Source: a virus
Taxonomy: Duplodnaviria > Caudoviricetes
Virus record (IMG/VR): IMGVR_UViG_3300015360_000006
Coordinates: 1-52,003 of that record
Strand: one strand, 5' to 3'
Length of the DNA stretch: 52,003 nucleotides
Position numbers and translations under genes: made by a program. How positions within the stretch are numbered: position 1 is the first letter of the stretch; each line of letters begins with the position of its first letter. Positions 35,673-44,077 of this stretch are shown in pieces. Under the pieces are notes generated by a model. That model saw nothing but the letters and a program-made list of their open reading frames with translations. It did not search any database and was not told the DNA's origin.

Positions 35673-36962
35673 TCAATCGTCGTCGTCTTCCTGAAACTTA
35701 ATAAGCTCATCACCCGCGGTCGTCGGTTTGGCCACGCGCAGTGCAGGGGCGCCGGGCTTTGTGGTCAGTGCCGCAAGCTTGGACTTCAATGCGTTGATCT
35801 CCACTTGGCTTGCAGCAGCAAGTTTAAAATACTCCAAACGAGCTTTGGACAACATGCGAGTCTGTTGCGTATGGCGCAACACTTCAGGAGCTAGCGAGAA
35901 TGACTGCTCATAGATCTGACGCTCAGCCTCCGTAAGAGTCTTCTCATCGAACGTGGGAAAGAACTTCTTCTCAGCTTCGTCGAGCTGCGTATGGACCGCA
36001 CTGGTGGCTGCCTGATGTTCGGCTTGAAACTGACGGGTCATATGATTGACCTGCTGACCTTCGGATACAGCACTGTTGTACTGCTTCTGCAAATACAACT
36101 GAGCTTGAACATTGACGCGACCATCCTCATTCTTCAACGTCTGGATATTGTTATTGCTGTCAAGGAATTGGATGTCGTTGGCTTCGGCGGCGGCCAGAAT
36201 CTGGCGCTCATAGAAGGCTTCGAGTTGCCGGCACTCTTCAGACTTGGCTAGAAGTTGGCCAAACTTAGGATGCAGCACATAGCTTTCAGGATGCTCATAC
36301 AAATGCTCAGGACCTGTTGGCCGAGCCTTGAGTTCTGCAATCTCAGCAGTCTTAGCTTTGCGGTCGAGCGCAATAGCTTTAACTTTGTCGAACTGTGCAT
36401 TGGGAAGCTTCTTAAGAACTTCAACATCCTCCGGATCAAACACGGAGTAGTCGCGCCCGGCCGGCTGTCCGAACGCTGGGTTTGGTGCCTCGACTTCAGG
36501 TACAACATCAGGTGCGACCTCGGCCTCAACAGGTTCGTCGGCAGCCTTCTTCGCAATGTCGTCATGCGTGTCAGGAAAGTCATCATCCGACTCATCAAAC
36601 TTGATCTCCTCATTTCCCGGATCTGGCTCCTTGGCGACAGGCTCCTTGGCAACAGGCTTGGGCTGGGAGAATGGATCAGCTGGGGTAAGCTTACCATCCG
36701 GCCCAACCTTCATTGAAGTTGACTGAGCTTGTTGCTTAGGCGCCTGCGGCGCGGGCGCCTTCGGCGCCGGGACAACAACTTGGGACGTGAGGTTCGTCGG
36801 GGCAGGGACGGCAGGGGACGCGGCGGGTGGCGCGGGCGTCACGGCAGGCGCCTGCGGCGCTGCCGCTTGCGCGCCGGGAGATGATCTGCGGCCGGCGGAA
36901 TTAATACCTACCGGTCCGCTTGTTTCGACCGGGAGCGGAATCCTAATTGTATCATTAGACAT
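35673..36962 (-). CDS. Capsid scaffolding protein
   Basis: Pro/Ala-rich then acidic disordered N-terminus, coiled-coil C-terminus; between portal and capsid. Confidence 0.65.
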   Translation of the reverse strand: MSNDTIRIPLPVETSGPVGINSAGRRSSPGAQAAAPQAPAVTPAPPAASPAVPAPTNLTSQVVVPAPKAPAPQAPKQQAQSTSMKVGPDGKLTPADPFSQPKPVAKEPVAKEPDPGNEEIKFDESDDDFPDTHDDIAKKAADEPVEAEVAPDVVPEVEAPNPAFGQPAGRDYSVFDPEDVEVLKKLPNAQFDKVKAIALDRKAKTAEIAELKARPTGPEHLYEHPESYVLHPKFGQLLAKSEECRQLEAFYERQILAAAEANDIQFLDSNNNIQTLKNEDGRVNVQAQLYLQKQYNSAVSEGQQVNHMTRQFQAEHQAATSAVHTQLDEAEKKFFPTFDEKTLTEAERQIYEQSFSLAPEVLRHTQQTRMLSKARLEYFKLAAASQVEINALKSKLAALTTKPGAPALRVAKPTTAGDELIKFQEDDDD

Positions 36963-37200
36963 GACTGATGCTTTCTATCGCTTTAGTTAGTGTTGCTTGT
37001 TGGATTGATAAAACTCTTACGAAGCGATCGTCCTTTGACGGATCGATCGCCGCGGTCTGCAAAGCTTGAAGTAAGCCTGCGTTCTGCTCACTGAGGCGTT
37101 GGAGGATTTGCTGCGTCTCCGGGCGCTGGAGCCACGCCTCCTTGAGCGGCCGCGATACGCTGATCGACGGCCTGCTTGAGCTGTCCAAGTTGTTGCTCAT
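36955..37200 (-). CDS. Small helical head-assembly protein overlapping the portal 3' end
   Basis: EAWLQRPETQQIL...; its stop overlaps the scaffold start. Confidence 0.55.
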   Translation of the reverse strand: MSNNLDSSSRPSISVSRPLKEAWLQRPETQQILQRLSEQNAGLLQALQTAAIDPSKDDRFVRVLSIQQATLTKAIESISHV

Positions 37201-38854
37201 GTGGTTGCCATTCAGGTCTCAGTTGTCCAGTTTCATCAGTAACGGACTGCGCAACAACTGCGCCAAGTTGCTGAATCAGTTGCAAGTCAGGAGTCTGCAT
37301 CATCGCCGCAATGTACCTGTCAGAGTGCGCCGGATAGCGTTCGCGCAGATAGTCTGCCAAGAACACTTGGGCGGCCGGCGTAGTAGAAATGATTGCCCAA
37401 TCTTGTTGCATTGCGGCAATGCGTTCTTGGCGCTGCACATAATCTACGGCGCCGGCCGATTGGATAATGTACGTGGCGTCAAGCAGCGCCGGGTTGATGT
37501 CCAGCTTCAATGTTCCGCGCCACACGGCGGACTTAATAATCTCGTAAGCTTTGGTTACGATCTTACGCATTGGGATAGACAAATACAATACGGAGACGCT
37601 ATTGATTTGCGACATCGTCTGGTTAGCCGAGTTGACCTCGGTTGCCGTCTTGCGCGAATCCTGTCGATTGTTGACTGCCCAGGAGATCTGATTGTTTGCC
37701 GCAGAGTTTCCGGTGTCAAGATGATCCAATGCGCGGAACAACATGGCATCGGGCCACGGCGCCGCCCAAGCTTTCATAGGACGATCCCAAACTTTATTGG
37801 GCGAGATCGTCATGTCAGTTTGCTTGGCGACGCCGCCGGCAGTGTACGAACCTTCGGCCGGCGCCCATTGGGTCATCGACGCGGCGTAAGATCCATTGAT
37901 GCCGGCGGAAGTCAGAACGCTCAGGGCATCTTGAATGTAGAATGCCTTTGCAGCGTGTCCAGTTTGCTCGGACATCTTGCGCTCTTCGGTAATCGAAGGC
38001 GAGAACTGAACATAAGGATACTCAAACTCATGCTGCTCTTCGAATTCTACCTGCTCGACAAGTCCCATTCCGCCAGCAGGATCCACTACTTGTGAAGTAA
38101 CTTTCTTTCCGCGACCGTTGACAAATCCGATGGGCTGCGACAAAGGTTCGTTGACATCCTTTGAATACCACACCGCTTGGACAACTCCTGCAACCTTGAA
38201 CAAGCAGTGATGTATGGTGGCGAACGCCGCCGACCCGCCGCTGCACATAGACGCGACGTGAGCTTTGAGTGCCTCGATAGCTTCAATCTCAGTAAACGTC
38301 TGCGCAGCAACATAGCCATCAATGTCCACGATCGACATTGAGTATGCGCGCGCCACGATGGGTGATTGCTCAATTGATTCGCCATTTCGCGAGTAGAGCA
38401 AATTGTCGGCGCCGATGTGATTTACCGCAACGTGCCCGGGTTTCGTGGTATCGTATACGACTTCCACAAAGTCGGCACCGTGCAACAAACCGCCGTCGAC
38501 CCACCGGATGTAGTCAACTTCCCAATCTGGATACTTGAGAACTGTCGTGACAGCTTCTTCCAGAATATCAACAGGAAGATCAGATTTCACCACAGGCTGA
38601 AAAAGCCCCATGCGGCGCGAACCTGAAATGAACTGCAAGTAAGTGGGTACTTCGCGCGAGATGTTCTGGTCAATAACTCGCACGCCCACGAAAGTCTGGC
38701 CCGGCTGCAGTTTGCCAGACTTGCGCATTGCTTCGACATCAATGTCGTTCTTGCGCACGCGGCGATTGCTTTCAACCAAGCTTACGAAAGTCGTGTGATC
38801 GGCGTGCAGCTTGTTGAACTCTGTCTGGAAAGTTGACTTGTGGAGTAGATTCAT
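37088..38854 (-). CDS. Portal protein
   Basis: 588 aa after terminase; KTATEV motif, Q-rich tail. Confidence 0.8.
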   Translation of the reverse strand: MNLLHKSTFQTEFNKLHADHTTFVSLVESNRRVRKNDIDVEAMRKSGKLQPGQTFVGVRVIDQNISREVPTYLQFISGSRRMGLFQPVVKSDLPVDILEEAVTTVLKYPDWEVDYIRWVDGGLLHGADFVEVVYDTTKPGHVAVNHIGADNLLYSRNGESIEQSPIVARAYSMSIVDIDGYVAAQTFTEIEAIEALKAHVASMCSGGSAAFATIHHCLFKVAGVVQAVWYSKDVNEPLSQPIGFVNGRGKKVTSQVVDPAGGMGLVEQVEFEEQHEFEYPYVQFSPSITEERKMSEQTGHAAKAFYIQDALSVLTSAGINGSYAASMTQWAPAEGSYTAGGVAKQTDMTISPNKVWDRPMKAWAAPWPDAMLFRALDHLDTGNSAANNQISWAVNNRQDSRKTATEVNSANQTMSQINSVSVLYLSIPMRKIVTKAYEIIKSAVWRGTLKLDINPALLDATYIIQSAGAVDYVQRQERIAAMQQDWAIISTTPAAQVFLADYLRERYPAHSDRYIAAMMQTPDLQLIQQLGAVVAQSVTDETGQLRPEWQPHEQQLGQLKQAVDQRIAAAQGGVAPAPGDAANPPTPQ

Positions 38855-39033
38855 TAGTCTTCCTCTGTTTCGAACGGAATCATCTCATATCCGGGTGCTT
38901 TGGTTTCCGTAGTTTCGTCATCGGAAACTTCTCGCTCGTCGTCGATGGCGATTAAATCCGTGACGATTTCGTTTACTTCTTTCAGCTCTTCGGTGTTGAG
39001 ACCTTCAAGCATGGACTTAAGTTCAGCAATCAT
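38854..39033 (-). CDS. Small acidic protein (59 aa, not in the ORF track)
   Basis: ATGA overlap with terL and TAATG overlap with portal; MIAELKSMLEGLNTEELKEV...PFETEED. Confidence 0.7.
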   Translation of the reverse strand: MIAELKSMLEGLNTEELKEVNEIVTDLIAIDDEREVSDDETTETKAPGYEMIPFETEED

Positions 39034-40856
39034 TTGTAAATCAGGTTGTAAAATCCACTAACGATTAGTTTGCGCTCGACCATCGGATCAAAGTGTTCGG
39101 GCTCTTTGTAATTATCGAAAGCTCGATTCTCGTAATCTTGCACGAAGTGCGCCATACGTTCCTCCTTTGAGCCTTCGCTTACATTGTTTTCGGCGAGCAT
39201 TTCGGAAAGATCGTAGATAGAGTAAGCCAGAACGTAAGCGTCGGCGCAGTCTGGTGAAAATCCTAGGCGACCTTTCGCCTTCTTTTTGTCTTCCAGTTGA
39301 AGCTTCTGCTTCTCATTGGTGAAGAACTTACGCGTGGTAATTTGCTTCTTCCAGCGATCGTAGCATTCAAACTTGTGTGGCGGAATAATTTTACCCAGCT
39401 CAATCATTCGGCCAACTCGGAAGTACATCTCAGCGCCTATGTTCGCGTAATTCTCAGTGTTGAAAGCCGCCGATTGGTTGTTAACTCCGCGTATAGGATA
39501 GCCAGCTTCTTGCACGCGCCGCAAAATTGGCGCACCGATTCCGCCCATATCACCTGAGACATCTTCGTACTCGCACTTGAAATTTGACTTGCCGATCAAG
39601 AGTTGCTTGACAATCCAAGCGTGCAACTTGTTAGGAGAAGATGTAGTAATGACTGCGTGGTACAAGGGCTCATTGCCATGAACAATCCAGAACTCGGATA
39701 GATCAACGCCCAATCCAACGTCGAGCCCACCGGCCGGGCGCTGTCCCATTGTTTTCGCCGGCGGCGGAATGTAATCCAATCTCTCACCCGGAATGATGAC
39801 CTCTTCTGCGGATTCGTAGAACTCCGCCAAAATGCCTGTGCGATAGGGCGCAGAGTTCTCGCCGTGGTTCAGCCTAGTTTGCTCGATCGCCGCGGGCGAA
39901 ATGTTGGGACACTCAAACGCAGTGACACGGCGCGAGAAAGGAGTGCCCAGTTCGCACTTGGTAAACGAAGAACGCTCTACAGACTTGTAGAACTGACCGC
40001 ACCGCGCGCCGGGAGAAGATACCTGCAACCAATGAGAGTAACCATAGAAGCGCGAGAAAGCTTCGTACAGCGTATCTTTAATAGACTTAGCTTCACCGAT
40101 TACCACCATCATCTTCGATTCAGGGACTTCATAGAATGGGTGATAGCCTTCAACCTTTGATGGCTCGTCCGTACAGAATGCCCGCAATTCACTGCCCGTG
40201 TAATTGCACTTGATTGAGAATTCTTTTATGTCAAATACATCATCCTCGTGCAACGCATTGATTGTTTCGCACAGAGTTGAGATAGGCTTGAAGGTGTGCT
40301 CCTTAAGCTGGATATGCGACTCCGACGTGATGACTACGCGCGAACGCAGGTAGCGCATCATGAACCAAACTACTGTCGGCGTAATGATGTAAGTATCCTT
40401 ACCCGAAGAGTTGGCCGCCACCAGATTGTAAATGAATGGATTCTCTTTCGTCGGATCCTGCCACTCGCTGCGCGGCAGGCCTTCCAAATTCAAATCACCG
40501 CCCATGCGATGCTGTTCCTCTTGCTGCCATTCGTAGGGCTTAAGATGTGGATTGTAAGTTTTGAACAACACCAAAGGTGTCGGAAAGTCAAAGGTCTTAG
40601 GATTCGCGGGCCATGAGAATTTAGAGGACCGCGACGGCGCCGGGCGGTCCGCCCCCTCGGGTTCCCTGTCTTCCGGCGCGGCAGCGCCGGCCCGCGTCTT
40701 AAGCCCTGGAGAAGCGGGTACAGATTTGGGAAACTCGGCACCAAAGCCAGTGTCCACGCCATCGAACGCCGGATCGATTGCCGCCGAAGCGTGGGTAGAT
40801 TCCAGCGCCGCGCGCACCCGCAAAGCATTGAGCTGCTCTTCAGTAAGTTTAGGCAT
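39030..40856 (-). CDS. terL: Terminase large subunit
   Basis: PYEWQ, AANSSGKD, EGYH, VVIGEA, SSP, ILAEF, GLDVG, SPDCADA. Confidence 0.88.
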   Translation of the reverse strand: MPKLTEEQLNALRVRAALESTHASAAIDPAFDGVDTGFGAEFPKSVPASPGLKTRAGAAAPEDREPEGADRPAPSRSSKFSWPANPKTFDFPTPLVLFKTYNPHLKPYEWQQEEQHRMGGDLNLEGLPRSEWQDPTKENPFIYNLVAANSSGKDTYIITPTVVWFMMRYLRSRVVITSESHIQLKEHTFKPISTLCETINALHEDDVFDIKEFSIKCNYTGSELRAFCTDEPSKVEGYHPFYEVPESKMMVVIGEAKSIKDTLYEAFSRFYGYSHWLQVSSPGARCGQFYKSVERSSFTKCELGTPFSRRVTAFECPNISPAAIEQTRLNHGENSAPYRTGILAEFYESAEEVIIPGERLDYIPPPAKTMGQRPAGGLDVGLGVDLSEFWIVHGNEPLYHAVITTSSPNKLHAWIVKQLLIGKSNFKCEYEDVSGDMGGIGAPILRRVQEAGYPIRGVNNQSAAFNTENYANIGAEMYFRVGRMIELGKIIPPHKFECYDRWKKQITTRKFFTNEKQKLQLEDKKKAKGRLGFSPDCADAYVLAYSIYDLSEMLAENNVSEGSKEERMAHFVQDYENRAFDNYKEPEHFDPMVERKLIVSGFYNLIYK

Positions 40857-41235
40857 CGGTCGAAGGAGTTACATTCAGTGCAAGCTTGTGGCGAATGATT
40901 TTGGGCACCGCATTTTGCGCACATTCCAGCGCCGCAATTAATTGCAAAGACGCCAGCGCATTGATTTCGCGCGTCCGCGCCCGCGCATCATTGCGACCTT
41001 TTACTTCGTCCACCAACCACGTAAGGGCACTCATGCGCGTTTTGACCGCATTCTCTTTCCCAAAAGCGATGTGCTTCATTTCGAGAAGAATGGCCGGCAA
41101 GTCTTCAACGCCCGGCACGCCCAGCATCACGCGCACAGATTGCACTGATAAGTCTAAACCCGCCGCAATGTCCTCCGCCGAAAGAGAAGGGTCGCTCCGA
41201 GATAGTGCCAGAACTTGATCGTAGCCTGATGACAT
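40849..41235 (-). CDS. Terminase small subunit-like HTH protein
   Basis: N-terminal HTH LSAEDIAAGLDLSVQSVR; first late gene; start ATG 41235. Confidence 0.65.
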   Translation of the reverse strand: MSSGYDQVLALSRSDPSLSAEDIAAGLDLSVQSVRVMLGVPGVEDLPAILLEMKHIAFGKENAVKTRMSALTWLVDEVKGRNDARARTREINALASLQLIAALECAQNAVPKIIRHKLALNVTPSTDA

Positions 41236-41246
41236 GATTCGTTGGT

Positions 41247-41263
41247 TGCAGAGAGTGTGCCTT
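41247..41263 (-). promoter_or_regulatory. Sigma54 (-24/-12) late promoter
   Basis: Minus strand AAGGCACA-CTCT-CTGC-A (GG-N10-GC); predicted +1 near 41236, next to the terS ATG. Confidence 0.65.
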
Positions 41264-41377
41264 TGGATGGTTGTCAATTAGTTTATAGAGTTTCTAAAAT
41301 TTCAAAAATTTAAAAATTTAAGAGAATGTCTAGTTGTATTTCGCACTTCGTTTCTGGGGCTCCGTCATCACAAGCCT

Positions 41378-41414
41378 CTCGCCAAGCCTACCCTCGCCAT
41401 CCCATCCCTCGCCA
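41378..41414. repeat. Three CTCGCCA repeats with a 15-bp period
   Basis: Copies at 41378, 41393 and 41408. Confidence 0.8.
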
Positions 41415-41454
41415 CCCTTGTTCTCTCCCGACAGAAATGACAGGAATGATTCAA

Positions 41455-41700
41455 ATTGAACGTTCAATAGGGACTTAACGACTTAGGTTATATAGAATTG
41501 AATTATATATAGGTATAAGTGTGTTTATATATAAGTATAGGTATGTTATATTTATATAGGTATGTTTATATAAGTAAATAAATATATATATATAGGCATA
41601 TTAGTATACATTAATATATCAATTGGAAACGACATATAGATTAAAAAATACTTATATAATTCAACCTATATCCAAACTTTGAACCTATACCCTAGAATCT
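41455..41700. other. Very AT-rich non-coding region: candidate origin or packaging site
   Basis: Palindrome ATTGAACGTTCAAT (41455-41468), TA runs, repeated TATAGG(T/C)AT and inverted ACCTATA copies. Confidence 0.5.
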
Positions 41701-41809
41701 TCGACCAAGCGGCAAACCAAGGGAAAAAATCTTTTCCCCTTAAACCCTTGGTAATCAATAGCTTGGGGTGCCCAAAGGAGTGCCTTCTGAAAATAGTTCA
41801 AAGAAAGGG

Positions 41810-41838
41810 TTGCGTCCCTTGGCAGGATCTGCTAACCT
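41810..41838 (+). promoter_or_regulatory. Sigma70-type early promoter
   Basis: TTGCGT-N17-TAACCT with an extended -10 TG, 9 nt before the first early ATG. Confidence 0.6.
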
Positions 41839-41847
41839 ATAGGTGCA

Positions 41848-42033
41848 ATGAAGATCAACACTAACGAAACGGTAACGGCCAACGTGGCCGAAGATGTAAA
41901 GGAGACCCTGCGTCTCCTAAACGAAGCCATTGCGTTGCTAGACAAGGCAAAGTGTTACATGGTGACGGAAGAATCCGACCAACTGGAAGACGTGATTGAC
42001 GCACTTCGGAAAACCATTCACGAAATCAGGTAA
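41848..42033 (+). CDS. First early gene, small helical protein
   Basis: 61 aa, nearly leaderless after the sigma70 promoter. Confidence 0.7.
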   Translation: MKINTNETVTANVAEDVKETLRLLNEAIALLDKAKCYMVTEESDQLEDVIDALRKTIHEIR

Positions 42034-42043
42034 ACAAAGGGGA

Positions 42044-42330
42044 CTGGCCCCTTCTCAAGGTCCCCATGCGGGACTTTGAGAAGGTACCAGAAGGTACCTA
42101 GTGCCGTGACTCCCACGGACAAGATCGGAGGTTAGCAATCAAAGGATGCTGACTTCTACGAGCCGCAATAACGGCTCGCAACCGATCATTGAAATCTAGG
42201 AATCGGAAGTCGGAAATGATGCCTTGCTTTCGTAGCAAGATACTTTTCGGCCGAACAATTCCGAAGTAGGTGAATGGATTTCCTTCTATGCCTAGCGTTC
42301 CCATGTCGGGAGCGCGGACATAGAACAAGG
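42044..42330 (+). ncRNA. Highly structured intergenic RNA, segment 1
   Basis: Serial hairpins and a multibranch junction (GATCGG/CCGATC), CTTGCT-ttcg-TAGCAAG; no sizeable + strand ORF. Confidence 0.5.
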
Positions 42331-42838
42331 AAAAAAAAATCATGAGCAAAAACACGGAAGAAACCACGGCAGAAGAAACCACGGCCGCGGCAGAAGTTCT
42401 GGCGAGCGCGGAAGTCCGTGCCCGGCAGGCTCTGCCCCGTTTCCAAACGGAAACGGCTCTGCTAGTTGGACAGAAAGATGACGCAACCAGTGTTCAAGTG
42501 GTGAAGGCAATCGATGCCTTGCGTAGTACACTGGCAAAGGCTGCTAGTCGGTGCGCAGAGTCGGGAACGCTTTCTACAAGCCAGAAAAGCAAAGCAGGAG
42601 AGCGGAAATCGTCCCTGAAAGGGGCGAAGAGCTCCGGAGAAGATTCGGTCCCGATGGCCATTCAGGCCACAGTCACCCTCTTTGGCAAGGTTGCCAAAGA
42701 GACCGGCGGAGAGATCGACCGGATTCGGTTAGACTCCGAGTCAGCGTTGGCAATTCGGATTCAAGATTGGATCCGCGGGTTTTAAACCCAACATTCTAAC
42801 CCGCCTGAAAGGGCGGGCATAGAAGGAAATCCATTCAC
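42270..42838. repeat. 23-bp perfect inverted repeat (42270-42292 / 42816-42838) flanking one gene
   Basis: GTGAATGGATTTCCTTCTATGCC ... GGCATAGAAGGAAATCCATTCAC. Confidence 0.9.
42342..42785 (+). CDS. Early hypothetical protein (147 aa)
   Basis: AAGGA RBS; EETTA repeat at the N-terminus. Confidence 0.75.
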   Translation: MSKNTEETTAEETTAAAEVLASAEVRARQALPRFQTETALLVGQKDDATSVQVVKAIDALRSTLAKAASRCAESGTLSTSQKSKAGERKSSLKGAKSSGEDSVPMAIQATVTLFGKVAKETGGEIDRIRLDSESALAIRIQDWIRGF

Positions 42839-43100
42839 GGCGCGACAACGCAAAGTCTCCGGTTCTAGTCGCGCTTTAGAAATTCACCCTGACAAGGTGC
42901 AAGCGGAAACTCTGGGCAACGCGCCAAGAGGAAAAGCCGAAGTACTTCGGGCAACGCAGACAATATGCTATTCGCCCGGATGAAATCAGAAATGCAAGCT
43001 AAGGCTTGCAAGACTGGCTTTCCCCTTTAAGCGCATCAAATCTACCCCAGCGCGTTCTTTCTCAAGCACTTAGCCATATGCTAAGTGCTTGGGAAAGGAT
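42794..43100 (+). ncRNA. Highly structured intergenic RNA, segment 2
   Basis: Stems GCGCGAC/GTCGCGC, TGCAAGC/GCTTGCA, CGGGC/GCCCG, and a long terminal hairpin at 43054-43100. Confidence 0.5.
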
Positions 43101-43105
43101 ACGAA

Positions 43106-43312
43106 ATGACAGGCCATGAAGTGCTTGCCCGTCTTAGGGCAAGCGCGTCAATCGGCCGTCACGCTACGTTCAACCTTGAACGTAGCGTGACGGTCAGGGG
43201 CTTCGTACAGATTACGAAGCCTGTCAGTCGGCGAGCCGCCAAGTCGGTTGGCTCGCGCACCTTGACTCTCAAAGTCAAGAACTGGCAAATCACAGCCGCG
43301 CACTTTAACTAA
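43106..43312 (+). CDS. Early small basic protein
   Basis: GAAAGGA RBS before ATG 43106. Confidence 0.65.
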   Translation: MTGHEVLARLRASASIGRHATFNLERSVTVRGFVQITKPVSRRAAKSVGSRTLTLKVKNWQITAAHFN

Positions 43313-43327
43313 GTGCGCGGTCTTTTT
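43294..43327 (+). terminator. Early intrinsic terminator
   Basis: GCCGCGCACTT-taact-AAGTGCGCGGT then CTTTTT. Confidence 0.7.
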
Positions 43328-43379
43328 GCGTCCTTTCAAGTCTGCTCTCAAGTTTGAGGGCAGATAGGAAAGGAACAAA

Positions 43380-43856
43380 ATGCCCTCAAAAATCAGCACG
43401 TGGAACAATCAGCAAGGAAGCCGTGGGCGCTCGGCGCTCGCGGTGTTGGTGACTCCTGATGGAAATGTCCATCAGTTTCGTGGGGAATCGATTCCCCAAG
43501 TGTGTCACTCAGTGGTGACGGATCGCGAGAAGAAGGGCGCGTGGAGTAACTGCACGTTCGCCATCACGCATAATGACCAGACGAAATTTGTGTCGTGGCG
43601 GCAGGATTGGGACACCGGGCGCGACTGGCCCGGCTTGAGCTGGGAAACCAACATTGCGTGGCTTCAGGCGCTTGCACCGCAGGCAACCGAGGTCGGATTC
43701 CGGGCGTACATCGCACGGGAGCATCCCAAGGTTAGAACACGCTTGGACGAGTTCTATATCGCTGTAGGAGAGTTTGATCTTCCGGCGGTTCCGGTGATCC
43801 CAGAGATTCCCATGGAGATTCCGGCGGTCTCAGGATTCCGGAACACCGTCATGTAA
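43380..43856 (+). CDS. Early hypothetical protein
   Basis: GAAAGGA RBS; 158 aa. Confidence 0.75.
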   Translation: MPSKISTWNNQQGSRGRSALAVLVTPDGNVHQFRGESIPQVCHSVVTDREKKGAWSNCTFAITHNDQTKFVSWRQDWDTGRDWPGLSWETNIAWLQALAPQATEVGFRAYIAREHPKVRTRLDEFYIAVGEFDLPAVPVIPEIPMEIPAVSGFRNTVM

Positions 43857-43877
43857 AAAAAACAAACCAACAAACCA

Positions 43878-44076
43878 ATGACAGAACGGGAAGTAGTCCA
43901 AGCACTTGTCATCATGGGACGCGGCTTATAAGTCTATCGCCCGCAAAGCACCGCCTTTGCGAGCGGATGTTTTCAATGCATTCATCCACACGTACTATCC
44001 GGAACATGCTGAAAAGTTGGACTGGTACGACAATGCGGTCGCAGAGTTCGAAAACCCACTGAAAAGAAAGGAATAA
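43878..44076 (+). pseudogene. Frameshifted or TTG-started paralogue of the C-terminal half of 43380-43856
   Basis: The ATG 43878 frame stops after 17 aa; the +1 frame (43906-44076) reads SSWDAAYKSIARKAP...FNAFI...LDWYDNAVAEFENP. Confidence 0.55.
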
Positions 44077-44077
44077 A

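Noticed and set aside
41268-41277. TTGACA on the minus strand as a sigma70 late promoter, or a TTG start for terS
   Set aside because: No -10 element at 16-18 bp; ATG 41235 fits the sigma54 promoter better
41819-41833. TTGGCAGGATCTGC as a sigma54 promoter
   Set aside because: GG-GC spacing is 8 rather than 10; it is the spacer of a sigma70-like promoter
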